From assembly GCF_018977255.1 (NCBI RefSeq), contig NW_024704742.1, forward strand, positions 19,780,001 through 19,844,000: a DNA stretch of 64,000 bases, given 5' to 3'. A model generated the notes under the pieces. The model made no database searches and was not told the DNA's origin. It saw only the letters and a list, made by a program, of their open reading frames with translations. Position 1 is the first letter of the stretch. Every line of letters begins with the position of its first letter. Below, piece by piece: positions 39,235-52,204 of this stretch. Both the position numbers and the translations under genes were made by a program. Source of the DNA: Callorhinchus milii (taxonomy: Eukaryota).

Positions 39235-39905
39235 AGTAGCTCAGTCTGCCTCTGTTGGTATCACTCTTGCCTCGGTGTCGTAAAGTTCTGAGTTCAAACC
39301 CTGCGTCAGGACTTTCAACTCACATAGCCAATGTTCAATGCATTCCATCCAATGCAGTGCTACATTATTGGAGGTGACAAGATACGAGTAAAATGCATTC
39401 ATTTCATGGCTGTTTGTGGGACATTGGTGTGAAATAATTGGCAGTCACGTTAACCTACAAGATTGATAGTTATTGCATTTGCATTGAATCTTGTGATGTG
39501 CTATTAGAAATGTAGATTATTATTATAACAAATAATAGTAAATAATCCTTGCCTTTAATATCATGATTAATCGTTGAAACTTCTCAAACCACTTTACTGT
39601 CGACTGCAGTTACTGTATTTGTGGTGAACTGGCAGCAAATTTATGCACAGCAGTGTCCACAAACAGCAGTAAAATGAATGACTTTTTGTTAATCTGGAGG
39701 ATTGTTGGTCTTGACACAAGGAGAAAATCCCTTCTCTTTGGTATCTTGATTTAATGCCTCATCTAAGAGCCTCTGACAATGCAGAACTTCCTCAGTACTG
39801 CATTGTAGTAACAGCCTAGACTGAGCACAAATTCCTAATATGGGGCTTGAACCCATAACCTTCTGATTTGGAGGTGAGAGTGCTACAAACTGAGCCTGGC
39901 TGACA
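39235..39905. mobile_element. Tail-to-tail pair of old DeuSINE-like copies (plus about 39235-39527, minus about 39530-39905)
   Basis: tRNA-like heads at both outer ends; gattattatt / aataatccttg tails meet near 39530. Confidence 0.7.
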
Positions 39906-42900
39906 GCAGGCTGAAATGAACACTACTCTGCCCACCCACTTAAGTTTATCTCCTAATGTTTCCATAAAGTGAGTCATTTAGAAAATCATATTTTTAAATA
40001 TTTCAGATTACAGACTATAAACCAAATATAAAGAAAATATAAAGCAAATGAAGGGGATTCACAAGAGCACAGCAGTCTGCTGATTCTATCAGGAATGTTA
40101 ATGCAACAGCAACAATTTACACTTTTTAACACCCTCCACCCAGGGTATCGTCTCAGAGTGCTTAAAATCAACGAGGCATATTTTAGCCCATAAATGGCAC
40201 GCAGTCACACCACAGAGTACATTCTGTGAAGCCTTTGAGACGTCTCGACGAGGTGGTACAGTGTTACATCAAATGTGTATTATAATTTAGACTGCCTGTC
40301 TGTAGCTGCCATCTGCTCTGCTGACAAATCTGCCCAGATCACTTGCACAAGTCAGTACTGTTTTGACAAACTGCATCATTTAGGGAACTTCTTCCAGTTA
40401 TCCACTGACCTCTGTGAAAAAGTGTTTCCTCATGCTGAGCCTAAAGTGACTTTTCTCCAGTTAGAAGGCATGAGGATCTTGCTGTCTGTCATTGCATCAA
40501 TAATGACACTGCGTGTTCATTTCTGTTATTTAATGTAGTCTTTGAATTGAACATTGAGGTTGTGAATCTAATTCATTTCAAATTGAAATTGTCTGCCAGC
40601 TCACAGTGCTAATTGGTTTTTGGTTCTGTAGGTGCAAAACTGAATAAAGATAGGGGTTAGACTTAGCTAGACATGTGGGTTCTCATTTGCAGTCTAAATT
40701 TAGAAATTCTATAACTATTTAATAGAAATTTGTGTGGTAGGTGGACCCCTGACACTCTTCTTAATTCCAATGCTCATGAAACACATTTGGCTTCTAGATT
40801 GTAGTTATTGAATAGTGGTTAGCAGTCTAATGTGGTTTTGCTCATTGAGTTTGTATGTACTGGTAGCATGCTGTATTCTTACAATACAGGTTGCTGAGAT
40901 GTTTCTCAGTCCTCATTGAGAATCAGCAGTCCTCATTACTGGCACACTTTGTCATTCAGTCTTTTCTTGTTAATCTAACAGTGATGACGCAGATGTAGCT
41001 TGTGAATGAAATATGGCTGTATACTACGTCTGTGGTGAAAAAAAAATCTGGTAATTATCACAGAAGTCTTTCCTTCACCTTGCCGTACTGCAGTGGAAAT
41101 TTGCACCGTAGAGGCCTCTCTCTCCTCAACTATTTTTAATACTTTTTATAATCCTATGAATCCATAGTGGAGTTTTGGATGTTAATTTGCCTTTTGGAGA
41201 CACCAAAGATTGTTTCTCTTGTGTACAGTAGAAAACATGCTTCTGTGTGCAAAAGTAACACTAAGGTTTTCAGATTTTACAATGGACTGTGAAAGTAAAG
41301 TTGAAGAATTGTATCAGCATTTTGAAAATCTTGAGATGTCTTGTCTCTGAAGCACACTTCATATTTAATGCTTTATGCAATACCATATGTACATTTGGAG
41401 TTATGGAGTTGATTTTATTATTTTCTGGGATTCCTGCCCCACAACCTCCTTACTTCCACATGGGAAGTAAAAGGCTTTCTTTCATAATTGAATTATGTCA
41501 TTTGAAGTTATTGAAACTGAAGATATATCAGGTTTTATTTTGCTTATGTTACGGAGGAATTGTATATATTGCAAATGCTTTTCACATAGTGTAATTAGGA
41601 TCCTTGGTCAAATTTTTAAAAATTTTTAAAAATCTAGCAGTGCCCAATAATAGTGTCTTCTAAGTGCGTGGCTTTTTCTTATTACAACTGTGATGTCTAT
41701 CAAGAGTTCCTTAAAGACCATAAACATGAACTTTTTTTTATATAGCAAATACGTTGAAAAGCCTCAAAATATAGACTTCCCAATATAGGGTCATAAGTTT
41801 GTTTTGCGAACAAACATGGCAGCTATTTGTGGATATCTGTGCAAAGCAAAGTCCCACAAACGATAGTGAGGTGAATGATGTATCTAATATGGAGAACGTT
41901 TGGCCAGGACAATGCTTTATTTTTTGGAAATGCTGTTCTTTAACGTCTACCTGAACAAACAGAAAGAACGAAGGTTTGTTATCTCATCCAAATCCACATA
42001 ATTTCCAGATGGCTTTGCATCTTAGATTATGACGTCAAATCCCAATGTGTGAAGCTTGAAGGTGGGTGCTAGATTGACACCTTTAGTAATTATATTTCCA
42101 GGTTGGCAGTAAATATTTTAGCAACAATTTATCTGTTGCCCAATGTAAAATACTGTAAACTTATTGAGGAAATCTGTGTAAAGTGTGAGATTAATAGTTG
42201 GAACATTTATTTTGAACCTTATTGAATGTGTGATGAAGATGAACTGTATATTTGGATCTGGCCATTTATGCTCTCCGTTTTATGGTGTGGCATCTATAAA
42301 TTATTTAAATAGTGTGCTGATTTGATTAGGATAGTGGCTACAGAATATTCATTTCAGTTTAAATTGGGTAAAGTGAAACTATTGCGTTCAAAGAAGTCTT
42401 TAGAAGGCTTTCTCCAAAATTATTGATTATTAAAAAAGTTAAATTGAAGTATTCTAAGCAATAAATCAGGGACATTTTAGTGTTTGAGAGTTGCATTTTC
42501 GATCAATTTTTGAAAATGACCTTTAACTGTTTATCCCACCCTTAAATTCATAAGACATTGGGTAAACTGTTAAGAATGGAAAATGCCTGGGTGTCTCCCC
42601 ATTTAAATTGCTTTATGCCAATCCACTGAAGGTTTCACTTTGACAGCAGAGCTCAAATTTCACTGCTCTGCAAGTTAAAGGTATGGCATGGACTAATTGG
42701 TGGTGAATTTCTGCTCTGTCACCAAATATTGCTAATCGTGATATAGTCTTGTTACCCATATGACTTGTAAGCAGATTGAGTGAAGTGCAGTTACATATTT
42801 TTAATAAATTAAATTCTAGGGGAAAGGACTTCAGTTTTTACTGCTTTGCAGATCAAAGGGAAAATCTGTCTCCCAGGTACTTGTCAGGATTAGCTTTATT

Positions 42901-44734
42901 ACTCTAATATTAATCCTATCTAACTGAAATAAATACAATTTGAAAAATATTAAACTTCATCTGATCTTTTCTTTCTTTGGTTCTCTTTTGAGTGTTTTAA
43001 ATTAACTTTTATGGTATCTAAAATCATATTTGAAACGTTTTTCTAGAAAAGTCACATTAATTCACTGAGTCAGCAAAGAGATCTTTTTTAAAGTAGGCCT
43101 TTCAGTTCATTCGCTCTCTTCCTTCCAGAATTCCCACCAAAGTAGATTCTCATTACAGCATCCAGTTGTTTCATAAAATGAGTTCAGTATCCTTCAACCA
43201 CTTTTTACTGATGATCTATTCCAACTGTTGATTATCCTTTGTGCAATAACTACGTTCTGGTGTCTGTGTTCAAATAGCCCATCACAACCACGAACCTGAT
43301 CTTGGATACCTTATTTACTTTCTCTGTTTACTTTCTTTGTCCCATTTAAAATCGTATACAGAGCCACCCATTATATAACACTGTGGTCTGGGTCCGTAAA
43401 CCTAGTTTCACATAAGGGTACTTTTGAGATTGTCAGAATGTTGCTACTTCCTGAATATTAGCACAAGAAGCATGGCTGAAGTCACTTTCTTTGCCAAGTG
43501 CTGGTGAAAAGTCTTGAATAATGACACTAGTAATTGTCAGTAAAAGTGACTAATTTATAGACTAATATGGAAACAATTTGTGGTGGTAGCAAGGTCACAC
43601 AAACAGCCATGATTTGAATGACCGAACAGCCGTGAGTTGAATGTCCAGGATCCTCCTCATTTCAAATTGTGCAATGGGATCCTTCAGGCGGTCAGCCAGG
43701 TGGGATCTTGGTTTAACATGCAAACTGAAAGTCAGTATCTCTGACAAATCAGAGCACCTCCATTGGAGTGCCAGCCAAAGGAAAAATGCAAAACTATGCA
43801 CTTATGGGACTTGAGCACATGACTTTTGACCCAGAGATGAGAGTTCGGTCAACTGACACTAAAACTGGCATAAGTACTGAAACCTTGGCTGAGCTCCATT
43901 ATTTTCTGCTGATCTTACCAGCTTTGTGAATGAGGCAACTTTATTGGCATTGACTATCAAATCCTGTATCCTTGTTCGGTTTGGAGGTAATACCCAAGAG
44001 GTATGAAAATTCTTATTCTGTAGGAATTTAACTGAAATCTTTTTGTAATTCTAAAGTTAAAGAACACTATTAATGTCATGCAGTAACCATATTTGTTATA
44101 ATGTGAACTAGATAAGGAATTAATCTGCAACCTGCTGAGCTAAACCAAACTGGTAATATTGCGAGGTTCATCATGTGACTATCACTGGTGCTGTGCCATA
44201 GGTCACTAATTTTCTTTACTGTTCATGAAGTGCTGTAGCTTGGAAACCTAAATAGTTTTAATGGAAAATGATCACCACAATGTTGTGTGCATTGAAATCA
44301 CAAACACAGTCTTACAGCTGTTTTACAACAGCAGTCAATTCTTGAATTCAAATAACAAGATAAACTTTGTTTATGCTGCCTAATGAGCTCCTCGATTGGA
44401 TTATTGCCTACAATTTCCTTCCAGATATATTCAGAACTCCCTAAGTATTGCACAGTTAATAAATTAATTAATCCATTGTCCCAGTTTTATGAATATATGA
44501 ACCCATGTAATTGGAACCCATCCAGTGTGATTTATGGCAAATATTGTATTAAATGCAAATTGCTGGAGTTTTCCAAAGTAAATGCAATGGCTAATGTGGG
44601 AGACTCACTATCATTTCCCTTTAAGCAGAATTTTTTTTTCTGCATTCAGTTTCTTTATTCTGTTGGCTTTAAATAATGTTTAATCCTAGAGCTTTCTATG
44701 TTTTTTTTTGGAGTGGTGATACTGACTTTAACTA

Positions 44735-45385
44735 CAGAGAAAGCTGGTTAAGATGAACACAAGATGGGCACAGCTGATATATCTGGCTTAGGAGGCATCC
44801 AAAGTTAACCGAAATATCATTCCCGCACAGCAGTGTCGACGTATAATAATATGCAATAATGTTGTTTCACTTGAAGCAATGGTAACTAACCAATTAAAGC
44901 TAAAATACTCTCACAGAATTCAGTAAAATATATTTACCTTTGTTTGGCTGCAAAATACAGTGCAATACCTTCTCACCCAGCAGAGGAGTGGGGCGGCGCT
45001 TCCTCCCTCCCATTGCCATTCCCATTGGAAGGTAAGGGGACCAATTAGCTGTCAAATCACAATTTGACTCCACCCCCTCACTGATTGACAGCTCAACTCC
45101 AGCCGGTTGTGAATGGCTAGAATCCGCTGTCAATCACAATTTGACTCATATCTATATCCCAGAGTCTCTCGTGGCTGAATGGAGCCTCTAGAGATGCAGA
45201 AAGCCCGAGTGAGTACACACAGCGGCGACCAGCACGGCATTTTGGCCGGATTAACCAGATTTCTATTTGAATTAAACAGAATATTTGAAACAGGTAAGAA
45301 TAAAAATTAATTTGGGGCCGGACAATTTGTTTGATTTAACCAATGTCCGGGGTTAACTGGCGTCTGTCAAAAGTGGATTCCACTG
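44735..45385. mobile_element. Probable Tc1/mariner (Tigger/pogo-like) non-autonomous element
   Basis: TA-CAG left end (degenerate) and ggattccactg-TA right end; subterminal gttaacc/ttaacc motifs; internal repeat gctgtcaa(a)tcacaatttgactc twice. Confidence 0.5.
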
Positions 45386-45472
45386 TACAAAGTTTCTAAA
45401 AGGAGTGCTGAAGGTGATTTTTGAAAAAAAATCTCAAAATGCATCCTTCCTGCCTCCTCTTTATCGCTGCTA

Positions 45473-45876
45473 CAACAACAACAACAAGATTCCATTTATA
45501 GAGCGCCTTTCACGTCGGGAGGACGTCCCAAGGCGCTGTACAGTTGGGTCGGGACCCGAGCAGGGGGGAAATGGTCAGGGTGAGGGGAGGGAAGGGAGGG
45601 AGTGAGGAGAGGGTAGAGAGTCGAGAGGGGAGCTGAAGGGACGGTCAAAGAGAAAGGTTTTGAGACCGGCCTTGAAGGAGGAAAGGGAGGAGGCGGCGAA
45701 GGCACTGGGGGATGGAGTTCCAGAGCCTGGGGGCTGAGAGGCTGAAGGCCCGGCCACCGATGGTAGGGTGGTTGGGGCGGGAGATGTGGAGCAGACCGGA
45801 GCCGGAGGAACAGAGGGTACGGGCAGGTAGGTAGGGGGATAGTAGGTCAGAGAGGTAGGAGGAGCAAGGCCGTGAA
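45473..45876 (-). mobile_element. L2 3' fragment, CpG-rich (young)
   Basis: (CAA)n tail, intact stem-loop, HGLAP remnant; TGCTA at both flanks (45468-45472 / 45877-45881). Confidence 0.9.
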
Positions 45877-47364
45877 TGCTAGTAATGTTCTGTGATATGG
45901 TTTGCATATTTTTTGCTTATACTAATAAAATACAGTGACACACAGACAGAGAGAGATACAGAGACATACAGAAATAGATACCTCGTCGCTGGCAGTAATA
46001 TTTTAAAATTACTATGAATTTTTACATTGCATATTTAAAGTTTGCATTGTAACTAATATATAGTGAAAATAAGTAATACAGTTACATAATTTAAAACATA
46101 GAATTTCAATATGATTTTTATGGGTTATGTTTCTGGAAGGGAAACACAAAATTATTGCTTATGAGGCCTGTGGAGATTTCCCGCATCTGGCCCTCAGCAG
46201 CCAATAGGTTGGACCACCCTGAGTTCAACCAATTGCAGTGCCTGTTAATGTTGCATCTCAGATCAGTTAACTTCTTGATAGACAAGTTGAGCTTCCTCAT
46301 GTGTTTGTATCACATGTGGTGATGTTAAAACACAAGCATAACAGTGCTTTTGAATTTGCAGTGGTTTACATCACCATATTTTAGGTTGGATTAGGGGAAT
46401 CAAGATCACAATCTTAATATAATAAATCCTTGCATTTAAAAAAAAAGCGACAAAGTGAATATTTGATTTTCTGTGACAGAATTAACCACTGTTGACTGGT
46501 CTCAATTCTTTCCCCTTTTCCTAACCCTCTTCCTCTACCTTATCCTCTGCATGCCTGCTGCTGTGCTGTTGACCAGTGCAGCTGGGAATCCTTTCCTGCC
46601 AAGTTTCATTTTTCCCTTTCAAGGTAACCTGTGCAGGAATCGCAGGCCCTCTTTGATCTTAGAGAAAATGTCCAAATGGAATTTTCTTTTGAACTCCCAT
46701 ATGGTTCATTTATAAAGCTTTTGAGAATAAATGATTTGAACTCGTGACCTGCAATCCTACCCCATATATAAAACAGTCTGTCCATCAAAATATCATCAAG
46801 AAGGTGGATATTGAGTGATATAAAATAATAAAGTTATACTGAAGACAACATTTGATTTCTGACTAGAATATTTTGTGCTATCATTTGAAAAGTAGAAATT
46901 CAGTATGTGACTGATCAAACTCAACAGTCTTGTAACATCAAAGCGTTGCCAGCTCTTTGGTGCTTCATCGTCTAATACAGGACAACCCCATTATGACTTG
47001 CAACAGCAGTTGGCCCCACTTTTCAGGAAACCAATTTACCTGGCTCCGTAGTTCATGCTTAACTACACATCCTGTCCCAAAGATCAAATGAATTTAACAT
47101 CCCAGGTATACAGTCTTCCACTTCTCTCTTCCTGCCTCCTCTTCCTTCTCCTCCTCAGGCAGCACAGCTCTTACATCTGATTAGATATCCTGTTCCCAGC
47201 CATTTTCTAATGGCATGCTTTTAACCCTTTGCAAGAGCAGCTTGGTAAAGATTTCCCTTCTCATATTAAGACCCCACCCCCCCAATTCTCCTGTCTTTTT
47301 CTCCATAAACTTTTTATACTTTTCAGGTGTTTTCTAATTCAATCTTAAATATTAATATGGGCTC

Positions 47365-48230
47365 AACAAGATTGCATTTATATTAGCATCTTTCACATCA
47401 GCAAGACATCCCAAGGCGCTGGACAATCAAAGGTTTGCACCCGAAGTGGGGGTTGGATACAAGAGGGGTGGGGACCAAGGAGGGAGGGGGTGGGGAAGAT
47501 GACTAAAGGTGCAGTCAAAGGGGAGGTCTTGACATGGACCTTGAAGGAGGTGAGGGAAGAAGCAAGGTGAAGGGATCTGGGCATGGAGTTCTAGAGAGTG
47601 GAGTCCTGTAGCTCAGTGGTTAAGCACTCGCTTTGCAAGCGAGAGACCTGAGTTCAATCCCAGGCAGGTCAGGGCGAAACCTTGGGCAAGTTTCCTTACT
47701 CCACACGCCTAATAATAATCCCTCCAAAACCAAAAACAATAATAAATTGGTCATTTTCAATCTACGACTGTGCCGCGTTCGCCCACAAATATACAGTCAA
47801 TTCACTTTACAATGTGTTCTGTGAAGCGCTTTGGGACGTCCTCCCGACGTGAAAAGCGCTATATCAAATGCAAGGATTATTATTATTATTATAAAAACGT
47901 TAAAAGCTTGACCCCTGATCGTAGGACAGGCAGGGCCGGAGACATGAAGCAAGCCAGTGCCTGCAGAGTGAAGGGAAAGGGTGGGTTGGTAAGGTTTTGG
48001 AAGATCAGAAAGGGAGGGTAGAGCAAGACTGGAGGCCTTTAAAAGTGAGGAAGGACAAGGATCTTGAACTTGATCCTTTGGTGGATGGGAGCCAATGTAG
48101 TTGGGTAAGGATGGAATTGATACTTGTTGCGGGAGAGGACATGAGAAGTGGAATTTTGATAGACTGCAGCTTGTGATGGGAAGATAGGGATACTGTTGAG
48201 CAGTGTTAGCATAGTCCAGCCTGGAGAAAC
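47365..48230 (-). mobile_element. Older L2 3' fragment interrupted by a SINE
   Basis: L2 tail at about 47365; L2 similarity resumes after 47900. Confidence 0.8.
47601..47892 (+). mobile_element. tRNA-Ala-derived SINE, young full-length copy
   Basis: A box tagctcagtgg, anticodon arm ctcgc-TTTGCAA-gcgag, B box gagttcaatcc; 3' stem-loop at 47825-47860; (TTA)n tail. Confidence 0.95.
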
Positions 48231-48269
48231 AGGGTTGGAAGTGTAAAATGTAATTTCACTCTCCCTTTG

Positions 48270-48785
48270 GTCATTTGATAAATCTATGCCTTTGTTACTG
48301 ACTTAATAAGTTGTGGAGGTAATTTGTCTGTTTTATCAAAACCACTCAAGAATTTAAAAAATCTAAATCTCCCTCCCAATCTTATAGGTGAAAAAAGCCA
48401 GTATCTTATAAGTAAAACCAGTTTCTTTTCATAAGTAAAACCGCGTATCCTAGTGAACCTCCTCTGAATTCTCTCTATTGATATCCTTCCTATCGTGGTA
48501 TGTCCAAACATCGACACAATCTCCAACTGTGCTATAACGAATAATTTATCCAGGTTCAGAATTTCTCCTCGCTTTTATATAATTTGCCCCTAGAATTTCA
48601 TCAGTTTGTTATGTTTTACTTGCCACTTTAAAGATTTTTTGTGTGTATATTAACCCCTCGATTGTTTTGTGTATTTTAACCCACTGCTTGCTCTCTATAT
48701 GTTTTTAAACTTGTACCATTTGATGTACATTTCCTCTCATTTTTTCTCCCAAAATGTTTCACCACAATTTTCTATACTAAATTTA
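48270..48785 (-). mobile_element. Decayed CR1 LINE fragment
   Basis: ORF remnant IERIQRRFTRIRGFTYEKKL, typical of the CR1 ORF2 C-terminus. Confidence 0.7.
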
Positions 48786-48786
48786 A

Positions 48787-49178
48787 TTAATAATAATAAT
48801 GATAATAATCCTTGCATTTGATATAGCGCTTTTCACATCTTCTAGACGCCTGAAAGTGTTTCACAGAATAATAATAATAATCCTTGCATTTGATATAGCG
48901 CTCTTCACGTCGGGAGGACGTCCCAAAGCGCTTCACAGAACACACTGTAAAGTGAATTGATTTATATTTGTGTACGAAACGCGGCAGCCACTTGCACACA
49001 GCAGTGTCCCACAAACAGTCGTGGATTGAAGTGATCGATTTATTATTGTTTTTTTCTTGAGGGATTATTATCAGGCAAGTGGAGTAAGGAAACTTGCCCA
49101 AGGTTTCACCTTGCTGGGAATCAAACCCAGGTCTCTGGCTTGCAAGGCGAGTGCTCTGACCACTGAGCTACAGGACTC
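48787..49178 (-). mobile_element. SINE, full length, followed by a second SINE tail
   Basis: Head ends gctacaggactc at 49178; two aataataatccttgcatttgatatagcgct blocks at about 48800 and 48870. Confidence 0.92.
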
Positions 49179-49732
49179 ACAATTTCACAAGATTTGGGAT
49201 TGAGATTTCAGAAACAAACTCAGCTTGAAAAAGAATCTTCATTGTTCAAAGTAATATTGATGCATTATCAAACTAGATGAGGCCAATAATATTACTATCT
49301 TTTTGAACTTTTCAAAGACAGCTGAAGGGTTGAATTATTGTTGCTTTTCTGTTCTCGACACATTTTATCGCATTTCTGTCAAAAGCATTTGAACTAGGTT
49401 ACATATACTCGATCCAAAATGCCCAAATGATGCTCAACACTGAATAATAGGGTCTTTGTTTTTTTTTTTGCTCTCCATGTTATAATTTGACTACTTTGAT
49501 TCATATTCATGAACAATTTTTTTATGCTTTGTAATCATGTCCAAAATCATGAGTGGGTCAGATGGTGGCATTTATTGAGCGTAGGTTGCAGATGGTTAAA
49601 TGCCAAATTTTCCTTTTTTCTGAAACTCAAGACTCGTTTGAAATGTATACAGTAGTTGATGTTTTATTGCAATTGCTATACATCTGAAATACAAACGCTT
49701 ACTTAAAATAAAATTCTATACTACTACAAGAT

Positions 49733-50075
49733 GAGAATAATAACAATAATCCTTGCATTTGATTACCCTTGTCACGTCTTCGAGATGTCTCGAAGTGTTT
49801 TACAGAATATACTGCAAATTGAACTGACTGTATGTTTTGTGGGCAAAACGTGGCAGCCAGTTGCTAACAGTAGTCGTGGATTGATTGACCACATTTTTTT
49901 GGAGAGATTATTATCCCTGGAAAAGTGATCTGCCAATCGACTAACAACCGGGTTCCTACTTACTGCTTTTTAAACGGAGGCGTGTGGAATAAGGAAACTT
50001 GCCCAATGTGTTACCTTGCCAGGGAATCAAACTTGGGTTCTCTCGCTTGCCAGGCGAATGCTCTAACCACTAAGT
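49733..50075 (-). mobile_element. SINE, long variant
   Basis: Same head and tail as the 47601 copy plus an extra internal segment shared with 56766-57135. Confidence 0.82.
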
Positions 50076-52204
50076 TATTAAAGCAGACAGTTTGAGTTAT
50101 TAACTGTAAATCCAGGAAATATGAAGTATGAAACGCTTGAAAGTTGATCCTTCAATAATAATTTATTTTACGCAGAAGTTATTTAACGGTTTGGCTGGGC
50201 ACATGATAAGGAAACAATTTTTCAGAAATGATAGAAACCTTGTGATTTTCTGATGTCATTTGGAGCATGTCTGTGTGATTTGAATTGTAATTATATTTTG
50301 CAGCAGTTAATGCAGACATTCAGTTAAAACACTAAAACCTCAACTTTTAGAAACCATTTGTGTTCTTTTGGTATTCATTAATTATGCAGGATGAATCTAT
50401 CTATGAAGAGAGAGTGAGCGGGACAGCCTATTCTGAGTCTCTAATATTCTGTCTCAGTAACTTTATTGTTTTCCGACTCTAATCATACATTATACAAGGG
50501 TAAATGTATCCCAAATTTTGCATGGCCATCAAAAGTTATCCAGCTCCGCTTATGTGGGCAAGATTTCTAGACCTGCAATTTCCTCACATTGTGGCTCTCT
50601 AATGTGGATAAAAGCACTTCCGGATAGTTGATGGTCGTAACCACTGTAGTTATTTGACTTTGAATCCAAATTCTGTTGCTCGGAACCAATGTTCCAATTT
50701 ATTCTTGAGAGTGGACAACAGGATCTTGCTTGATATTTTTCTGTAGAAATCAACTCTTTCCCCACCAAAATCAACACTTTGCTTGCTTGGATCCAGATCA
50801 TGGTGTTTCACATCCGGTTTACTCTTCCAAAATTACCAATATTATTCATCATGATAATGTATAATGCTGCCATGTAAGCAGTAATTATTTCTCTTGCTAT
50901 TACCTGTTTAAATATACAGTTGATTTGAAAGTGTCTGGGTTAATTTATGCCCAAGTATAATTCTGTCTGGCATCTGTTAAATTCTGCAGCAATAGTATAA
51001 TATCAACATTGTAATTGGTATTCAAAAAAATTTCCCAAATTTTTATTTACTGCAGTGGAATATTATAACAATTGTAATTATGTTTTCTTTTACTATAAAC
51101 TGCTGCATTTAAGCTTGATGGTGTACCTGAACTGCTGGAAAAAATGTTTTTCAGCATTGAACTCAGATGTAGTGGCCTTTCTGTGAAATATAATGTGAAT
51201 CGTTCCAGCAGGCAATTTAGATGAAAAAATAGAATAGAAGTAGAAAAAGTAGATTTGCAGTTCATGTAGTTCTTTGAAATGGCTTCTAATTAAGTAACAG
51301 ATGCTTGAAAAGGTGTTTTGAGGCAATAATATCAGTCATGGGGTCAGATAAAATCTTGAGCTATGAGGGAAGTTTGAGAAATTCACGTCTGAAAGCACAT
51401 ATTTGGGCATCTGTGTTTGTGTGTGTGTGTGTATATAATAATTGTTGAATTTAATATAGCAGCACCAAACTGCCCTATTTTGGCATTAAATGTCAACCTT
51501 ATGTTGTCAATGTCTCAAAGCTTTTCAAAGGATTTTACTGTAAAATGTAGTGACTGTGTATTTGTGGTCAAACTGTGCACATCAATGGTCTACAAACAGC
51601 CATGAAGTGAAAGAACAATTTTATCTGGAGGACTGTTGGCCAGGACACCAGGAGAAAAGCCCCTCACTTTTTCAAATCTATATGAACAACACTTTCATGG
51701 AGTCTCCTAAACATAGCGCGGCAATCCTGTAAGCCTCGAAGAACTCCTCATTGGGCTATTAAGTCAAGGACAAATTTGGAAAGTTGCCACTGAACCCACA
51801 ATGGTGAATTCTTAGAGTTGGAAGCAAAGAGAATTCTTGCAGGATACACTTCAAACAGGATTTGCCTGCTAACAAACTCAATTTGGCAGGATATCCTCAC
51901 CACAAAACAACTGGTTTAGACTGATCAGAATGTAGAAAACTGGATGGTGAGCCAGGCTGGTACATATTGTGGAGTTACTTCCCAATAAAGTCTCGATTTT
52001 TATTCAGAATTTAGCTTTCTGCGTGATCTGACCAATTAGGGTTAGTGTATCTAACGTTTCAGCGCTTTGGGACGTCCTCCCGACGTGAAAGGCACTATAC
52101 AAATGTAATCTTGTTGTTGTTGTTTTGGCTTTTTGTGCCAAACTGGTTGCTGTGTTTACAACCTCTATGCATTCACAAGTAGGAAGTGACAATGGTAGTG
52201 ATGA

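Noticed and set aside
14010..47330. Recursive-splice AG|GT sites (e.g. about 14024, 21810, 25970, 47326)
   Set aside because: None combines a strong pyrimidine tract with a consensus GTAAG/GTGAG; expected by chance in AT-rich DNA
47601..47670. tRNA-Ala(TGC) genes (also near 24079, 37290, 49110, 56766)
   Set aside because: tRNA-like heads run directly into the SINE body and L2-type tail; not standalone tRNAs
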